This document shows positions 29,343-38,349 of a DNA stretch of 64,000 bases, in pieces. Within the stretch, counting starts at the first letter, position 1; each line of letters starts with the position of its first letter. This stretch comes from a virus. The stretch spans positions 1 to 64,000 of the IMG/VR virus record IMGVR_UViG_3300032307_000705; one strand, written 5' to 3'. The notes under the pieces were generated by a model, which saw nothing but the letters and a program-made list of their open reading frames with translations, was not told the origin of the DNA and ran no database searches. The translations under genes were made by a program, and so were the position numbers.

Positions 29343-31529
29343 ATGGCTTATATTATTAAAAATACTGCAGGACTTATTAACACCCGACTTACAGACGTTG
29401 GACGTAGAAACCTTTCTCAAGGTAACTTCAATATTTCCTATTTCCAAATTGGAGATAGTGAGGTGAGTTATACTGCAGTACCGAACTATAATCAGACCAA
29501 TAATAATATTTTGATGCCGGCGTTTAACGCACAAAATGATACAGGTTCACCGCAGTCGAACAAACAAAATATAAAATATCCATACTATGTACAAGGTTCG
29601 ACAGGTAACACTTATGGAATACCTTTTATGGATAGTAACTTCCAACAGGTCTATAATTCTGCGGGAGTAAAAGGATTTTTCACAACTGGAGTCACTCAAA
29701 TACAGACAAGTACCGCATATACAATGACCACAAGTTATTGGGTTGATATGTCAACGTTGTCAGGACAAACTTCCATGCAAATCGAATTTGATAATTCACC
29801 AACAAGTTGTTTGACATCAGGTACTCCGTCTATTAATGATTTTGTTACGATTGTATATGATGGAAATGGAGGATGTGGAGATTTTACTACAAACCAAATT
29901 TTAACATATAAGATTCAGAATATGAGTCCTGTTACAGGAACTACAGGAAGTACATTTACATTAACCTTAGATAGATCGTTACCAACGTTTGATAACTTAC
30001 CAGTTCAAACGAACTTTGCAAGACTATATGTTTATCCGTCAGGTATGACTGAATTGTATGATTTCATTACACCGGCACCTTATTGGCAAACAGATACTCT
30101 TAACTTTGAATCACCTTGTGATGTAAGTAATCGAGAGAATACTCTTATTTGGAACATGAACATTCCTTGGACCGAGAGCCCCGCTGGATTATTCAGTAGT
30201 ACATATGAAGACTATACCAAGTTTGGGTCAGTATCATACATAGGCACTAAAGAATATTTGGGATACAACGAACCATCAGGACAGACTGACACGAGTCAAG
30301 TGTTTTATTATAATTCCTTCGATGAGAAAATTGTTGTAAGACCTCAGGACCAAAAAGCCATTGCGATTATTCATTATACTAATCAAGATATTGATAATGT
30401 CTATGGTGAGAAATTCTCAACACAGCCATTTGACCCACAGAATCCGACAGACGATATTGGATTAGCGAGACACTTCAAATTGAACATGCCAACATTGATG
30501 TGGCATAAATCAACAGGAACTACCATCGGACAAACTTTCTTTATTGACCCTCCAGGATATGACTTGTGCAAACCATATTACATCAAGTCAACTAAAAACA
30601 TTGACATGAATGACCCTGGTATAAGATACTATCATTTGTGGGACACCAATGCGGATAGTAATGGTAACTTGAATAGAATAGGTAAAGTATTCCCTGACCA
30701 AGAAATTATTGTGGTTGATGATGAAGAAGTAATTGCTGCGTTATCCTATAAATCAAACAGGAACTTTACATTACCTGCACCAAAGTTGAGTTTATTAACT
30801 CCAAACATTTGTGATACGGGAAACAATTCTAACGGACTCATGACAAATCCGGATCAGAGATTTTGGGTAAGTTATTTATTTGAATCACAAACTGGTGTTA
30901 CAAGTTCGCTTCATTGTAATTATTATTCTGTGGTACAACCAACAAGTTCGGTTACGGCAAACACTCAAAACGTTGCAGTAAGATTCGGAGGAGAATTTGG
31001 ATTCTTGGGGGTTAATGAATTTACAGGATACACCGCTACCTCCATGAAGATTATTTGTCAAATGGTGACAGGTGATACAAGACCATCACCAACTGCTTGG
31101 AGACAGATAGATGTAACCTCAGCGATGACATTATCAAATGGGTATATCACTCAAGCATCATTGACAGGAACAACATTCCAAATAGGACTTGATGATTATA
31201 ACGGTGCGGCGGCATATCAGTTACAGAATTATTTGGACATTCCATTGAATGGACAGACCGATGTTCTGAACTTTGGCGATGAGTATTATTTTTATGGGAA
31301 CTTAGAAACTGATATCTCGGCAACGATTTATGAGATGAAATATTTGGTAAACTTGAATCGAAATCAGTTTACAAATACATCTAACCCCACATGGACACAA
31401 GGGACAAAATCATATATTACTGAAATTGGCCTTTACGATCAAAATAATGATCTTATAGTTATATCTAAGCTACAATCTCCTGAATTAAGACAGGGTATTC
31501 AACAATTTGTAGTTAAGTTAGATTTTTAA
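29343..31529 (+). CDS. tail-collar/baseplate-associated structural protein
   Basis: N-terminal LTDVGR..L..G.F.I.YF.IGDSE and C-terminal ITEIGLYD..N.LI.ISKL..P......VKLDF, both tail-collar-fibre-like motifs. Confidence 0.6.
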   Translation: MAYIIKNTAGLINTRLTDVGRRNLSQGNFNISYFQIGDSEVSYTAVPNYNQTNNNILMPAFNAQNDTGSPQSNKQNIKYPYYVQGSTGNTYGIPFMDSNFQQVYNSAGVKGFFTTGVTQIQTSTAYTMTTSYWVDMSTLSGQTSMQIEFDNSPTSCLTSGTPSINDFVTIVYDGNGGCGDFTTNQILTYKIQNMSPVTGTTGSTFTLTLDRSLPTFDNLPVQTNFARLYVYPSGMTELYDFITPAPYWQTDTLNFESPCDVSNRENTLIWNMNIPWTESPAGLFSSTYEDYTKFGSVSYIGTKEYLGYNEPSGQTDTSQVFYYNSFDEKIVVRPQDQKAIAIIHYTNQDIDNVYGEKFSTQPFDPQNPTDDIGLARHFKLNMPTLMWHKSTGTTIGQTFFIDPPGYDLCKPYYIKSTKNIDMNDPGIRYYHLWDTNADSNGNLNRIGKVFPDQEIIVVDDEEVIAALSYKSNRNFTLPAPKLSLLTPNICDTGNNSNGLMTNPDQRFWVSYLFESQTGVTSSLHCNYYSVVQPTSSVTANTQNVAVRFGGEFGFLGVNEFTGYTATSMKIICQMVTGDTRPSPTAWRQIDVTSAMTLSNGYITQASLTGTTFQIGLDDYNGAAAYQLQNYLDIPLNGQTDVLNFGDEYYFYGNLETDISATIYEMKYLVNLNRNQFTNTSNPTWTQGTKSYITEIGLYDQNNDLIVISKLQSPELRQGIQQFVVKLDF

Positions 31530-31531
31530 TT

Positions 31532-32134
31532 ATGTCAAAAAACATTAGGAAAGATTCGCCCAAAGTACTTGGGCTTGATGTGTCGACCAAAACGATAGGT
31601 TGGTCTTTATTCGACATCGGTACTGGAAATTTATTAGAATTAACTCACATCTCACCAGTTCCAAAACCAAAGGTAGAAAATAAAATTGAAGAATTGCTAC
31701 TCAAGGCACAAATCTTCAGAGAAAAATTATTATCCTATAAAGAACTTGGTATTCAGTATGTTGTCATCGAAGAACCTTTATTGAACTCCAATAACGTTTA
31801 CACGGTCAGTACTTTGATGAGATTCAATACATTAATTTGTAAAGAAGTTTATGATGTATTGGGAGTAGTTCCTGAATTTATTTCGACGTACAATTCACGA
31901 AAATTTGCATTCCCTCATTTAGTTCAACCTAATGACAAAGACAAATATGTTTTGTTTGGTGGTATGCCAAAAGATATTGATAAGAAAGTGGTTATATGGG
32001 AATTAGTTGCAAAGAGAGAACCACAAATTACTTGGCAATACACAAAGAACAATACTCTCAAAAAAGAAAATTATGACCAAACTGACGCCTATTGTGCCGC
32101 ACTTGGTTATATGAAGATGAAAGAAATTTGGTAG
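31532..32134 (+). CDS. RuvC-like Holliday junction resolvase
   Basis: VLGLDVST..IGW, VVIEEP, K..V, D.TDAY. Confidence 0.75.
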   Translation: MSKNIRKDSPKVLGLDVSTKTIGWSLFDIGTGNLLELTHISPVPKPKVENKIEELLLKAQIFREKLLSYKELGIQYVVIEEPLLNSNNVYTVSTLMRFNTLICKEVYDVLGVVPEFISTYNSRKFAFPHLVQPNDKDKYVLFGGMPKDIDKKVVIWELVAKREPQITWQYTKNNTLKKENYDQTDAYCAALGYMKMKEIW

Positions 32135-32162
32135 GTTAATTTTTTTATAGTATCTTAGCTTT

Positions 32163-32528
32163 ATGAAAGGATACGTGACAAAAACCCCCGAAGCAAAAGC
32201 ACTCAGACGAGTTGTCAAAAAGTACGGCACTTTGAATATCAAGGATGATAATATCGAAGGTACCATTCAGATTACTCACTATCGTCAGTATGACTACCAA
32301 GAAGAAGTTGATGTTACTTTCGTGGGTAAAATTCATGTTAGATACGGAGGTGGTCTAATGTGGATCGACCATCAAAGGATTACCAAAGACATGAAAAATA
32401 TTTCCAAGTTAAAACTCAACAGAGTTTTACGAAAATTCTTTATCAGTCACTTACGATCACACCTGTCGATTTTTAGTGTTCAATTAAACTACGCCGCAGA
32501 TATAAAAACCGTAAAATGGATTGGTTAA
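32163..32528 (+). CDS. hypothetical protein
   Basis: ORF with a host-like promoter variant (TATCTTAG at 32151) upstream. Confidence 0.6.
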   Translation: MKGYVTKTPEAKALRRVVKKYGTLNIKDDNIEGTIQITHYRQYDYQEEVDVTFVGKIHVRYGGGLMWIDHQRITKDMKNISKLKLNRVLRKFFISHLRSHLSIFSVQLNYAADIKTVKWIG

Positions 32529-32683
32529 TTCTATTCTATTTCGTTTGTTTGGTTATAACAACCGTCTTCGCGATTGCATATTATTTTATTGAGAGGTATC
32601 TTGATGAAACTCACCCTGTTATGAAGTGGTGGAGAAAAAACATTGTTGGTTTGAATTCATATCCTGATGATAATCAGGAATAA
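32516..32683 (+). CDS. 55-aa single-TM micro-protein
   Basis: Translated by hand: MDWLILFYFVCLVITTVFAIAYYFIERYLDETHPVMKWWRKNIVGLNSYPDDNQE. Confidence 0.5.
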   Translation: MDWLILFYFVCLVITTVFAIAYYFIERYLDETHPVMKWWRKNIVGLNSYPDDNQE

Positions 32684-32688
32684 TTGAT

Positions 32689-32696
32689 TATATTTG
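32689..32696 (+). promoter_or_regulatory. Bacteroidota sigma-A -7 element TAnnTTTG (TATATTTG)
   Basis: Exact consensus 4 nt before the primase ATG. Confidence 0.6.
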
Positions 32697-32700
32697 TAGA

Positions 32701-33615
32701 ATGACAGACGAGGTTGACGTATTAGTTGAATTACTCACGGAGTTTCTTGGTGACTTCCACCAACACTACGAATCAAAAGGGCAAATATCTTTTGACTGTC
32801 CTGTCTGTGCTGAAGAAAAAGGTTTGGATGGTGGTGATGGTAAAGGTAACTTGGAAATTAACTATGGTAAACACGTTTATAAGTGTTGGTCCTGTGGTGA
32901 GACTCACGGAACTCACGGACCATTGGGTAAACTATTTGACCAATACGCGACCAAAAGTCAAAAGAAAGTCTACAACTTAATCAAACCTGAGGAACTCAAA
33001 CAAGAGGATGTCAAACGACCCAAACTCAGACTACCTGAAGGTTATACCACCTTCCAAGATTCCAACCCAAGATTCATTCCACATATGGAAGCATACAGAT
33101 ACCTCCAATCAAGAGGTATTACTGATGAGATGATTGAGAGGTTCAAGATAGGTTATACCGTAAGTGGGGACTTTGCCTACAGAATTATTGTACCTTCATT
33201 CAACAAGGAAGGAGCGTTAAATTATTTTGTCGCCAGATCTTGGGTGCCCAAGAAGATGAAGTATAAGAACCCTTCCGTTCCCAAAGATGAGATAATCTTC
33301 AATGAGAGTTTGATTGATTGGGATAAGGACGTATATTTGTGTGAAGGTGCGTTTGACTCCTTCTTCCTATCCAACTCTATTGTAATGTTGGGAAAGAAGA
33401 TGAGTAAGTTGTTGTTTGAAACTTTATACACCAAGGCGAATGCTCAAGTCATCATCTGTTGTGATGGAGATGCGTTTGAAGATGGACTCCGAGTTTATCA
33501 TGAACTAAATGGAGGTAGGTTGTATAATAAAATTAAAATAGTTAAATTGCCAGTCGATAAGGACGTTTGTGACCTACGTGGGCAAATTGACGAGTATTAC
33601 TACGAAATAAGATAG
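32701..33615 (+). CDS. DNA primase (Zn-binding + TOPRIM)
   Basis: CPVC...CWSC, YL.SRGI, RIIVP, KYKN, LCEGAFD, DGDA, KD. Confidence 0.85.
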   Translation: MTDEVDVLVELLTEFLGDFHQHYESKGQISFDCPVCAEEKGLDGGDGKGNLEINYGKHVYKCWSCGETHGTHGPLGKLFDQYATKSQKKVYNLIKPEELKQEDVKRPKLRLPEGYTTFQDSNPRFIPHMEAYRYLQSRGITDEMIERFKIGYTVSGDFAYRIIVPSFNKEGALNYFVARSWVPKKMKYKNPSVPKDEIIFNESLIDWDKDVYLCEGAFDSFFLSNSIVMLGKKMSKLLFETLYTKANAQVIICCDGDAFEDGLRVYHELNGGRLYNKIKIVKLPVDKDVCDLRGQIDEYYYEIR

Positions 33616-33616
33616 A

Positions 33617-34462
33617 ATGATAGATTTGAAATCGGTCGCCTCAGAGATACGTGAAATTATCTCTGAGAGACAAAAAAGTTTGGGATTGGTCTTTGAAGAA
33701 GACAATCACATTTACACTATGGGTGGTAGACAAGACTACCCTTCAGTATCCAAAATACTAAAAAAATTCTATAGAGAGTTTCCTTTAGATGAGGCGGCGT
33801 TGAAGAAGTCTGGTGGAGACCCTGAGGAGGCGGAGAGATTAAAAGAAGAGTGGGCAGCCGCAGGTGACTATTCCACGAACATGGGGTCTCGTGTTCACTT
33901 TATATTGGAGAAAAAAACCATCGAGAGAAACGGAAACTATAAGGAAGTAAGACAGCCTATTTTTACTTGTGACCCATCCCAACTTATCAAAGGAGACGCA
34001 ATGATTAAGGGAGGTGAACAATATATCAAACTGATGGAAGAGAGAGGAGCGGTTCTTCTTGATACTGAAATGGTTTTGGGGGATCCTGAATTAGGATATG
34101 TTGGGCAACCAGATAAAGTTTGGATTATCCCTAACCGACAGAAAACTGAGTTCGGATTGGTGATAACTGATTGGAAAACCAACAAAGCAAAAAACTTTGT
34201 TGAAACGAGATATACTGATAGGATGTATGAACCATTCCAAAAGTATCCAAATACAGCGTTAGGACACTACTATCTTCAATTACCTTTCTATGGTAAGTTG
34301 CTTGTAAAAATGTTACAGGGAACCAAGTATGAAAATCTTAAGTTGTATGGATGTGTAATCTCCCATTTGAAAGAAGATTCTATGTATGATGAATACAAAG
34401 TTCCTCAAGAAGTTATCGATATCATCATGGGAATGGATATGAAAAAGTATCTAAAGAAATAA
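33617..34462 (+). CDS. PD-(D/E)XK exonuclease (RecB/Cas4-like)
   Basis: SVS, GS.VH..LE, E, GQPD, ITDWKT, Y.LQL..Y. Confidence 0.75.
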   Translation: MIDLKSVASEIREIISERQKSLGLVFEEDNHIYTMGGRQDYPSVSKILKKFYREFPLDEAALKKSGGDPEEAERLKEEWAAAGDYSTNMGSRVHFILEKKTIERNGNYKEVRQPIFTCDPSQLIKGDAMIKGGEQYIKLMEERGAVLLDTEMVLGDPELGYVGQPDKVWIIPNRQKTEFGLVITDWKTNKAKNFVETRYTDRMYEPFQKYPNTALGHYYLQLPFYGKLLVKMLQGTKYENLKLYGCVISHLKEDSMYDEYKVPQEVIDIIMGMDMKKYLKK

Positions 34463-34485
34463 CCACCGAAGGGTGGTTTTTTTTT
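34461..34485 (+). terminator. intrinsic terminator
   Basis: AACCACC-GAAG-GGTGGTT followed by a T run. Confidence 0.85.
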
Positions 34486-34539
34486 GAAAAGTCAAAAATT
34501 ATTCGTACTATTGTGTCTAACATTAATTGTAAAGTCGAT

Positions 34540-35421
34540 ATGTCAAAGGTAGATGATTTGAAAAAAAAATATTCTGAGGTTTCCACGGCAAGTTTTACCA
34601 AATTTGTTGAAGGGGATACTACACCCACAAAAAAGTATTTGGAATTCATGTTGAAGACTTGGGAGGATAGGAAACTTGGAGGACATTACAGAACGACTAG
34701 TACCATCATTAAACATGTTACTAAGTTTAATGAGCTACTACCATACATCAGCAACAAAGACATTTATTCCAAAGAATATGGCAATTATCAAAAGTTAATT
34801 GATGTTATTGAAAATGCGGAACAAGCAAGAGAAGAAAAATATTTCGTAAAAGAAGACCATATCAATGTTCTCCTTGAGACGGAAGAGTTTATTTTACTTC
34901 AACCCAAAACCCATAAAGGTTCCATGAAGTATGGTGCGAACACAAAATGGTGTACTACAACTAAAAACAACGAATCAATTTTTAAGAACTACACTCGAGA
35001 CGGATTTCTTGCATACCTGATTGATAAATCAGAAACTAAGAATGAGAACTACAGGAAAGTTGCTTTGTACCTTGAGTTTGCTCAAGGAGGGTTGAACGAA
35101 AGTATTAAGATATATGATGTGAAGGATAAGTATGCCCATGAGAGTCACTTAATTGCTAGTGAATGGGAACTTGAAAAGTTATTTCAAATCTTCACAACCT
35201 TTAGATATCACTTTATTAAAACGAGAGAGTGTAAACTGAGTAGAGATTTCGTCAACTCATTTGTCAATACAATCAGTAAACTTGATTTTACAAAGTTCGA
35301 GTTACACTTGTCTAGACTTGATGAAGGTGGAGATTTATCTTATATTAATAAGGCACAAACAAAAGTAGAATCATTTATAGAAACATTAAACAATACAAAA
35401 TATGGAGTTAGAAAAACCTAA
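34540..35421 (+). CDS. hypothetical protein with YG..TKWC motif (paralog of the 53905 N-domain)
   Basis: KYL.FM, NKDI, PKT...S..YG.NTKWCTT, F..Y...G.L.Y. Confidence 0.6.
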   Translation: MSKVDDLKKKYSEVSTASFTKFVEGDTTPTKKYLEFMLKTWEDRKLGGHYRTTSTIIKHVTKFNELLPYISNKDIYSKEYGNYQKLIDVIENAEQAREEKYFVKEDHINVLLETEEFILLQPKTHKGSMKYGANTKWCTTTKNNESIFKNYTRDGFLAYLIDKSETKNENYRKVALYLEFAQGGLNESIKIYDVKDKYAHESHLIASEWELEKLFQIFTTFRYHFIKTRECKLSRDFVNSFVNTISKLDFTKFELHLSRLDEGGDLSYINKAQTKVESFIETLNNTKYGVRKT

Positions 35422-35638
35422 AATTAATTTAAGAGACGTACCGACCATCAAGTGCGATAATTGTGGAGGAGTTTATTTCAGAGAAGTTACTTACCTGAAG
35501 TTAGTCCCAAAGTTGATGACTGGTTCATCCGAAGACACAACTGTACCATTTCCAATCTACAAGTGTGATTCTTGTGGACACATAAACAAAGGGTTTAATC
35601 CCTTCGAAGAAGAACCGAAAGTTATCATTAATGATTAA
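35402..35638 (+). CDS. small Zn-ribbon protein
   Basis: CDNCG...CDSCGH. Confidence 0.65.
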   Translation: MELEKPKINLRDVPTIKCDNCGGVYFREVTYLKLVPKLMTGSSEDTTVPFPIYKCDSCGHINKGFNPFEEEPKVIIND

Positions 35639-36410
35639 TAGATTAGTTCATTTTTCTGACTTACACGTAAGACTATTCAAGGACCATGATTTGTATCGTG
35701 GAATCCTTGAGTCTGCGTTGAAAGAATGGAAAACACTACAACCTGATAGAATAGTTTTCACTGGAGATTTGGTTCATTCCAAAAATCAAATGACACCAGA
35801 GTTGGTGGAGTTTGTTGCTTGGATATTGACCGAGTGTGCAAAAATTACAAAGACTATTGTAATTATTGGTAACCACGACTTCCTTGAGAATAACAATACT
35901 CGTTTGGATGCTTTGACTCCGATTATCGATTCGTTGAAGAATGATAACATAGTTTATTATAAGAACCGTGGGGTGTATGAGGATGAGAATATTAATTGGT
36001 GTGTGTATTCTTTGATGGAACACAACATTCAACCTGATATTCAGAAGTCCAAGAACAAGAACATTGGATTATTTCACGGACCTGTCACTGGTCTTTACAC
36101 CGATATTGGATATAAGTTTGAGGATGGGTTTGATACGAGTAAGTTCAAGGGGTGTGACTTGGTACTTTGTGGAGACATTCACAAGAGACAAGTGTTTGAC
36201 ATTCCTGGTGGAAAGAAAGCGTACATGGTTGGGTCAACTATCCAACAGAACTTTGGAGAGAGAGTAACTAAACATGGATATGGTGTTTATGACATTGAGA
36301 AAGACCAGTATGACTTTGTTGACCTTCCGAACCCAAAACCTTTTCTATCATTCTATATAAACTCAATTGATAACTTGGTTAACGGAACCGAGAAACTTGT
36401 AAATTACTAA
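35631..36410 (+). CDS. Mre11/SbcD-like metallophosphoesterase (gp47-like)
   Basis: SDLH, TGDL, GNHD, FHG, GDIH.RQ, GS.IQQNFGE. Confidence 0.85.
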   Translation: MINRLVHFSDLHVRLFKDHDLYRGILESALKEWKTLQPDRIVFTGDLVHSKNQMTPELVEFVAWILTECAKITKTIVIIGNHDFLENNNTRLDALTPIIDSLKNDNIVYYKNRGVYEDENINWCVYSLMEHNIQPDIQKSKNKNIGLFHGPVTGLYTDIGYKFEDGFDTSKFKGCDLVLCGDIHKRQVFDIPGGKKAYMVGSTIQQNFGERVTKHGYGVYDIEKDQYDFVDLPNPKPFLSFYINSIDNLVNGTEKLVNY

Positions 36411-37178
36411 ATGGAATATAAACTAAACCTTTCTTCCACTGAAAACAAAGATCTCATATCATATTGTAATATGAATGACTTGAGAATTAGTGAGGTGATT
36501 AAGAAATCTTACCTTGAAGGATTTAACATTGAGAGGTATGGTTTGTTAAATGTGGGTGGGACTCGTGAAAAACAGGTGGAAAAAGAGGTCATTGTTGAAA
36601 AACGGGTGGAGATTCCTGTTGAGGTAATTAAAGAGGTTGTCAAGATTGAGTATATTGAAGTTGAAAAACCTGTTGAAAAGATTATAGAAATTATTAAAGA
36701 GGTTCCGATTGAACGAGTTGTTGAAAAAATAGTCGAGATAGTTAAGGAAATACCTGTTGAAAAAGTTGTTTTGAAAGATGTAATCAAAGAGGTGGTTGTT
36801 GAGAAAGTTGTTAGAGTCTCTGATGACACTCAAGTAAATGAACTGTTGTTGAAAATAGAAGAGTTAGAAAATAAACCTCCAAAAGTTTTAGAAGTGATTA
36901 GAGAAGTTCCTGTTGAGAAGATAGTTGAAATTATTAAAGAAGTTCAAGTTGAAGTCATCAAGGAAGTAGTAGTTGAAAAAGAAAGTACCGATATTGGATT
37001 GAAATCAAAGTTGGATGCAATTCAGAATACTGTCCAAAAGTTGAAACAAGACAATATCGAGAAAGATAATAAAATCAGAGAATACGAAAAAACTATCGAA
37101 GACATTCAAAAGTTTCAAACAGATAGGAAAGCGGCTTTTCTTAAAGGGTCCAACTTGGACGACACATTATATAAATAA
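36411..37178 (+). CDS. protein with alveolin/articulin-like EKIVEVPV repeats and C-terminal coiled coil
   Basis: Many VEK(I/V)VE / KEVP(V/I)E units. Confidence 0.7.
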   Translation: MEYKLNLSSTENKDLISYCNMNDLRISEVIKKSYLEGFNIERYGLLNVGGTREKQVEKEVIVEKRVEIPVEVIKEVVKIEYIEVEKPVEKIIEIIKEVPIERVVEKIVEIVKEIPVEKVVLKDVIKEVVVEKVVRVSDDTQVNELLLKIEELENKPPKVLEVIREVPVEKIVEIIKEVQVEVIKEVVVEKESTDIGLKSKLDAIQNTVQKLKQDNIEKDNKIREYEKTIEDIQKFQTDRKAAFLKGSNLDDTLYK

Positions 37179-37183
37179 AAATT

Positions 37184-37534
37184 ATGGTACAAATATTAAT
37201 ATGGATGATTATGGCTTATGGTATGAGCAACATCCTCGTTTATGGAAGTATTTTCAATAGACCAAGAAATGCAATAAACAAATGGGCGGCAGATGTTGAC
37301 TCAATTTTCCAAGATTTTTGGATATTCTTATCCGATATGTTAAGATGTATGATGTGTACATCAACTTGGGTTGGATTCTTTATTGGAATTTTTGTATATT
37401 CGCCTTGGAATATAATCATTGGAGAATCATTATGGTACTCTTGGTTTTTTGATGGGATGTTTGCCTCAGGAGCCGTATGGGCAATAAATGCAATCGTAGA
37501 ATGGTTCGAGGTAAACCGACCAAAATCAGAATAA
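37184..37534 (+). CDS. membrane protein (DUF1360-like)
   Basis: Hydrophobic segments, YG.IF..PR, L.C.MC.S.WVG. Confidence 0.55.
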   Translation: MVQILIWMIMAYGMSNILVYGSIFNRPRNAINKWAADVDSIFQDFWIFLSDMLRCMMCTSTWVGFFIGIFVYSPWNIIIGESLWYSWFFDGMFASGAVWAINAIVEWFEVNRPKSE

Positions 37535-37561
37535 AAAAACAAACAACAAAATAAAAACAAG

Positions 37562-38155
37562 ATGGCAAAGTATCAATTAAAAGTTTACGGGTGGGAATTG
37601 AATGCATCCGCACAATCTATTACTGACCAACAGGTTCAAGATATTCAAGAATATCAAGAAGAAAATGGATATGAGGATCTGAGTGAAATGGCTTGGGACT
37701 TGGAAACAATCGTTGAAGGTTATGAGCCCTTTAACACAAATATGTGGGTTATTGACAAACCTATGGACAATGATGGACTTAGTTTCATAATCGCAGATGA
37801 AAATGGTGAGGACATTGCTACATTCAATTTGGATGAAATGACTGACCACTATGAAATTGATGAAAATTATGAAAGTATTGATTATCATGGATTTCCTTCT
37901 GAAGGAGAGAATGAGAATGTTTTGCTTTTCATGGAAGAGAATAAAGGAATGGTTTATGGATTCAATTTTGAATCTGAAGAAGTTCCAACACCAAAAGATT
38001 TTTCATATATTCCTGGTACAATAGGAACTGACTACGCAGATTATGATTTCATTGATAAAGTTTTCTTCAAAGGAAGTGAATTGGAAGTGGATTATGACTT
38101 TCAAGCAACCAATGGAAAAGGTGTAACGGTTCAATTATTTACATTAAACGACTAA
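37562..38155 (+). CDS. acidic hypothetical protein
   Basis: 197-aa ORF with an A-rich leader. Confidence 0.65.
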   Translation: MAKYQLKVYGWELNASAQSITDQQVQDIQEYQEENGYEDLSEMAWDLETIVEGYEPFNTNMWVIDKPMDNDGLSFIIADENGEDIATFNLDEMTDHYEIDENYESIDYHGFPSEGENENVLLFMEENKGMVYGFNFESEEVPTPKDFSYIPGTIGTDYADYDFIDKVFFKGSELEVDYDFQATNGKGVTVQLFTLND

Positions 38156-38159
38156 TAAG

Positions 38160-38348
38160 ATGGGAAAATCAAAAGTAAGAGGTGGAGCTAAGGCTCACAG
38201 AAAAAGAGTTGAGAACAGAAACCAAAACATTAAGACGCAACAATCTGCAATTCAAAAACTTTTCAATGAAACGATGAAACTTCAAATGGAAGAGTTCAAG
38301 AAAAAACAAGAAGCTGAACAAAACGGAACTTCTGAAACAAACCAATAA
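38160..38348 (+). CDS. small basic hypothetical protein
   Basis: MGKSKVRGGAKAHRKRV; in tight operon spacing. Confidence 0.6.
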   Translation: MGKSKVRGGAKAHRKRVENRNQNIKTQQSAIQKLFNETMKLQMEEFKKKQEAEQNGTSETNQ

Positions 38349-38349
38349 A

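Noticed and set aside
33617-34462. Cas4 / CRISPR adaptation gene
   Set aside because: Lacks the four Fe-S cysteines and any CRISPR context; a generic phage PD-(D/E)XK exonuclease is the simpler call.
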